Shown here piece after piece: positions 62,804-64,000 of a stretch of 64,000 bases of DNA. This DNA comes from Massalongia carnosa. Lineage: Eukaryota. The stretch spans positions 1,054,001-1,118,000 of the forward strand of contig OZ287080.1 in assembly GCA_965645245.1 (NCBI GenBank). Reading direction: 5' to 3'. A program made the position numbers and the translations under genes. How positions within the stretch are numbered: position 1 is the stretch's first letter; the number at the start of each line of letters is the position of its first letter. The notes under the pieces were generated by a model. That model ran no database searches and was not told where the DNA came from. It worked only from the letters and a program-made list of their open reading frames with translations.

Positions 62804-64000
62804 CCGTATTAATTGACATATAAGACCTTGGTTTTATAGGGGGGTGGTCCGTCAAAGGGTCAATTAGAACAGGGTTTTATAGGTAGGGGGGTTTTATAAG
62901 TGGGTGAGGTTTTATAGGGGGGCTAGATATTAGTCAGCTGGAGAGACAACGCGAAAACGCATACTAATTTAATATTTCTCCCCGATTTTTCGACCTTTGG
63001 ATGGGACAAAAGGCTAGCCACATTGATGGTTTATGTTTCTGCTGATGGTGTGAATCGCTGCAAACCTCTTCTTATATTTCAGGGTCAAGATGTCGTCAAG
63101 AACAGTCGCATCAAAAAAAAATGCTGCAGTATGATTCAGGGGTGGTGGTTCAATGGAACGCAAAGGCTTACTGCAATACAAAAGTCATGATTCGATTGCT
63201 AAAACAGCAGTATAAATTCGCAACTACAGGATTTTCAAATATTAATACTCGACGATTTTTATCCTTAGATGTATTTGCGGAACAAAAAACCGACGAGGTT
63301 TGTAATTGAATTCAATGCTACTTCAGATTACTAACAAATTGACTGGTTAAACAAGTCTTTCGAGATTTGAATGTCACGGCATCGTTTATTCCATCCGGCT
63401 GTACCGGATTTGTGCGGGTTCTCGACGTAGCCATCAACAAACCTTTGAAAAATCGAATTTCCGAGCTGGCCGACATTCATTATGACGAGAATTTCGTGAA
63501 GTGGAACAAAGGCTCATACACGGTTGGTGAACGACGGATTATGCTAACACACTGGGTGGGTCAGGCATGGAGGGATATTCATCGCGAGAATGCCTCTCTG
63601 ATTCGTCAGACCTTTCGAAAGCTTGGATTATCTTTAGCTGTAGATGGTTCGGAAATAACGAGCTCTCAATCAAAGACATTCCAGACATAAAAGTCGGAGA
63701 ATAGAGGCTTTCGGCCGGTCAGGAGGCTATACAAGAGGTGGAAGAGCCCGACACGGTCGATAATATTCAGAAGGCCGGTGATGAGGTGCAGATAGAGGAT
63801 GGGAATAAGATTGTTTTGGAAGGTGAACAGGGTGCTCAATTGATTGTTTCAGACGATGAAACAAATGATCATGATGATAGCGAGATAGACGTAGAGGAAG
63901 ATTGATTTTCTGAGAATTAATGGGAGAACTCTGTTAGTTTTACATACAAATTGCCCTATAGCTTACAAATCATTACAAATTGTCCCAAATATGGTTTTAT
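62804..64000 (+). mobile_element. Degenerate pogo/Tigger-like DDE_1 transposon, internally deleted, runs off window
   Basis: TA|CCGTATTAATTGACATATAAGAC terminus. Remnants ATLMVYVSADG..KPLLIFQG, WNAKAYCN, LSLDVF, FIPSGCTGFVRVLDVAINKPLK, RRIMLTHWVGQAW; frameshifts and stops. Confidence 0.85.

Overview
Eukaryotic DNA from a filamentous ascomycete (Pezizomycotina), judged by short GT-AG introns with CTRAC branch points and typical fungal proteins; finer taxonomy cannot be fixed from the sequence alone. Intact genes: a DH/PH-type protein running off the left edge (missed by the ORF track), an EBP sterol isomerase, a P-loop sulfotransferase-like protein, ATG27, a secreted Cys-rich protein, a flavin reductase-like protein, a laccase, poly(A) polymerase, SEC63 and an SGNH/GDSL hydrolase. 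Disrupted genes: a tandem-cupredoxin protein (two frameshifts), a heavily decayed chimeric di/sesterterpene synthase, a CorA-like gene, a PTH11-like receptor, and a CYP51 whose only visible lesions are two TAG codons at conserved Trp positions. That CYP51 is a candidate for A-to-I editing-dependent expression; RIP inactivation is the alternative. Mobile DNA is abundant and nested: an intact self-priming chromoviral Ty3/gypsy element with identical LTRs, an 891-bp copia-type TRIM with identical LTRs, a Fot1/pogo element whose left end is replaced by a 63-bp perfect hairpin, a MULE derivative and a pogo remnant. Two related IS630/Tc1/mariner elements (one with a DD37E transposase) have CAC...GTG termini and 5-bp rather than TA target duplications.
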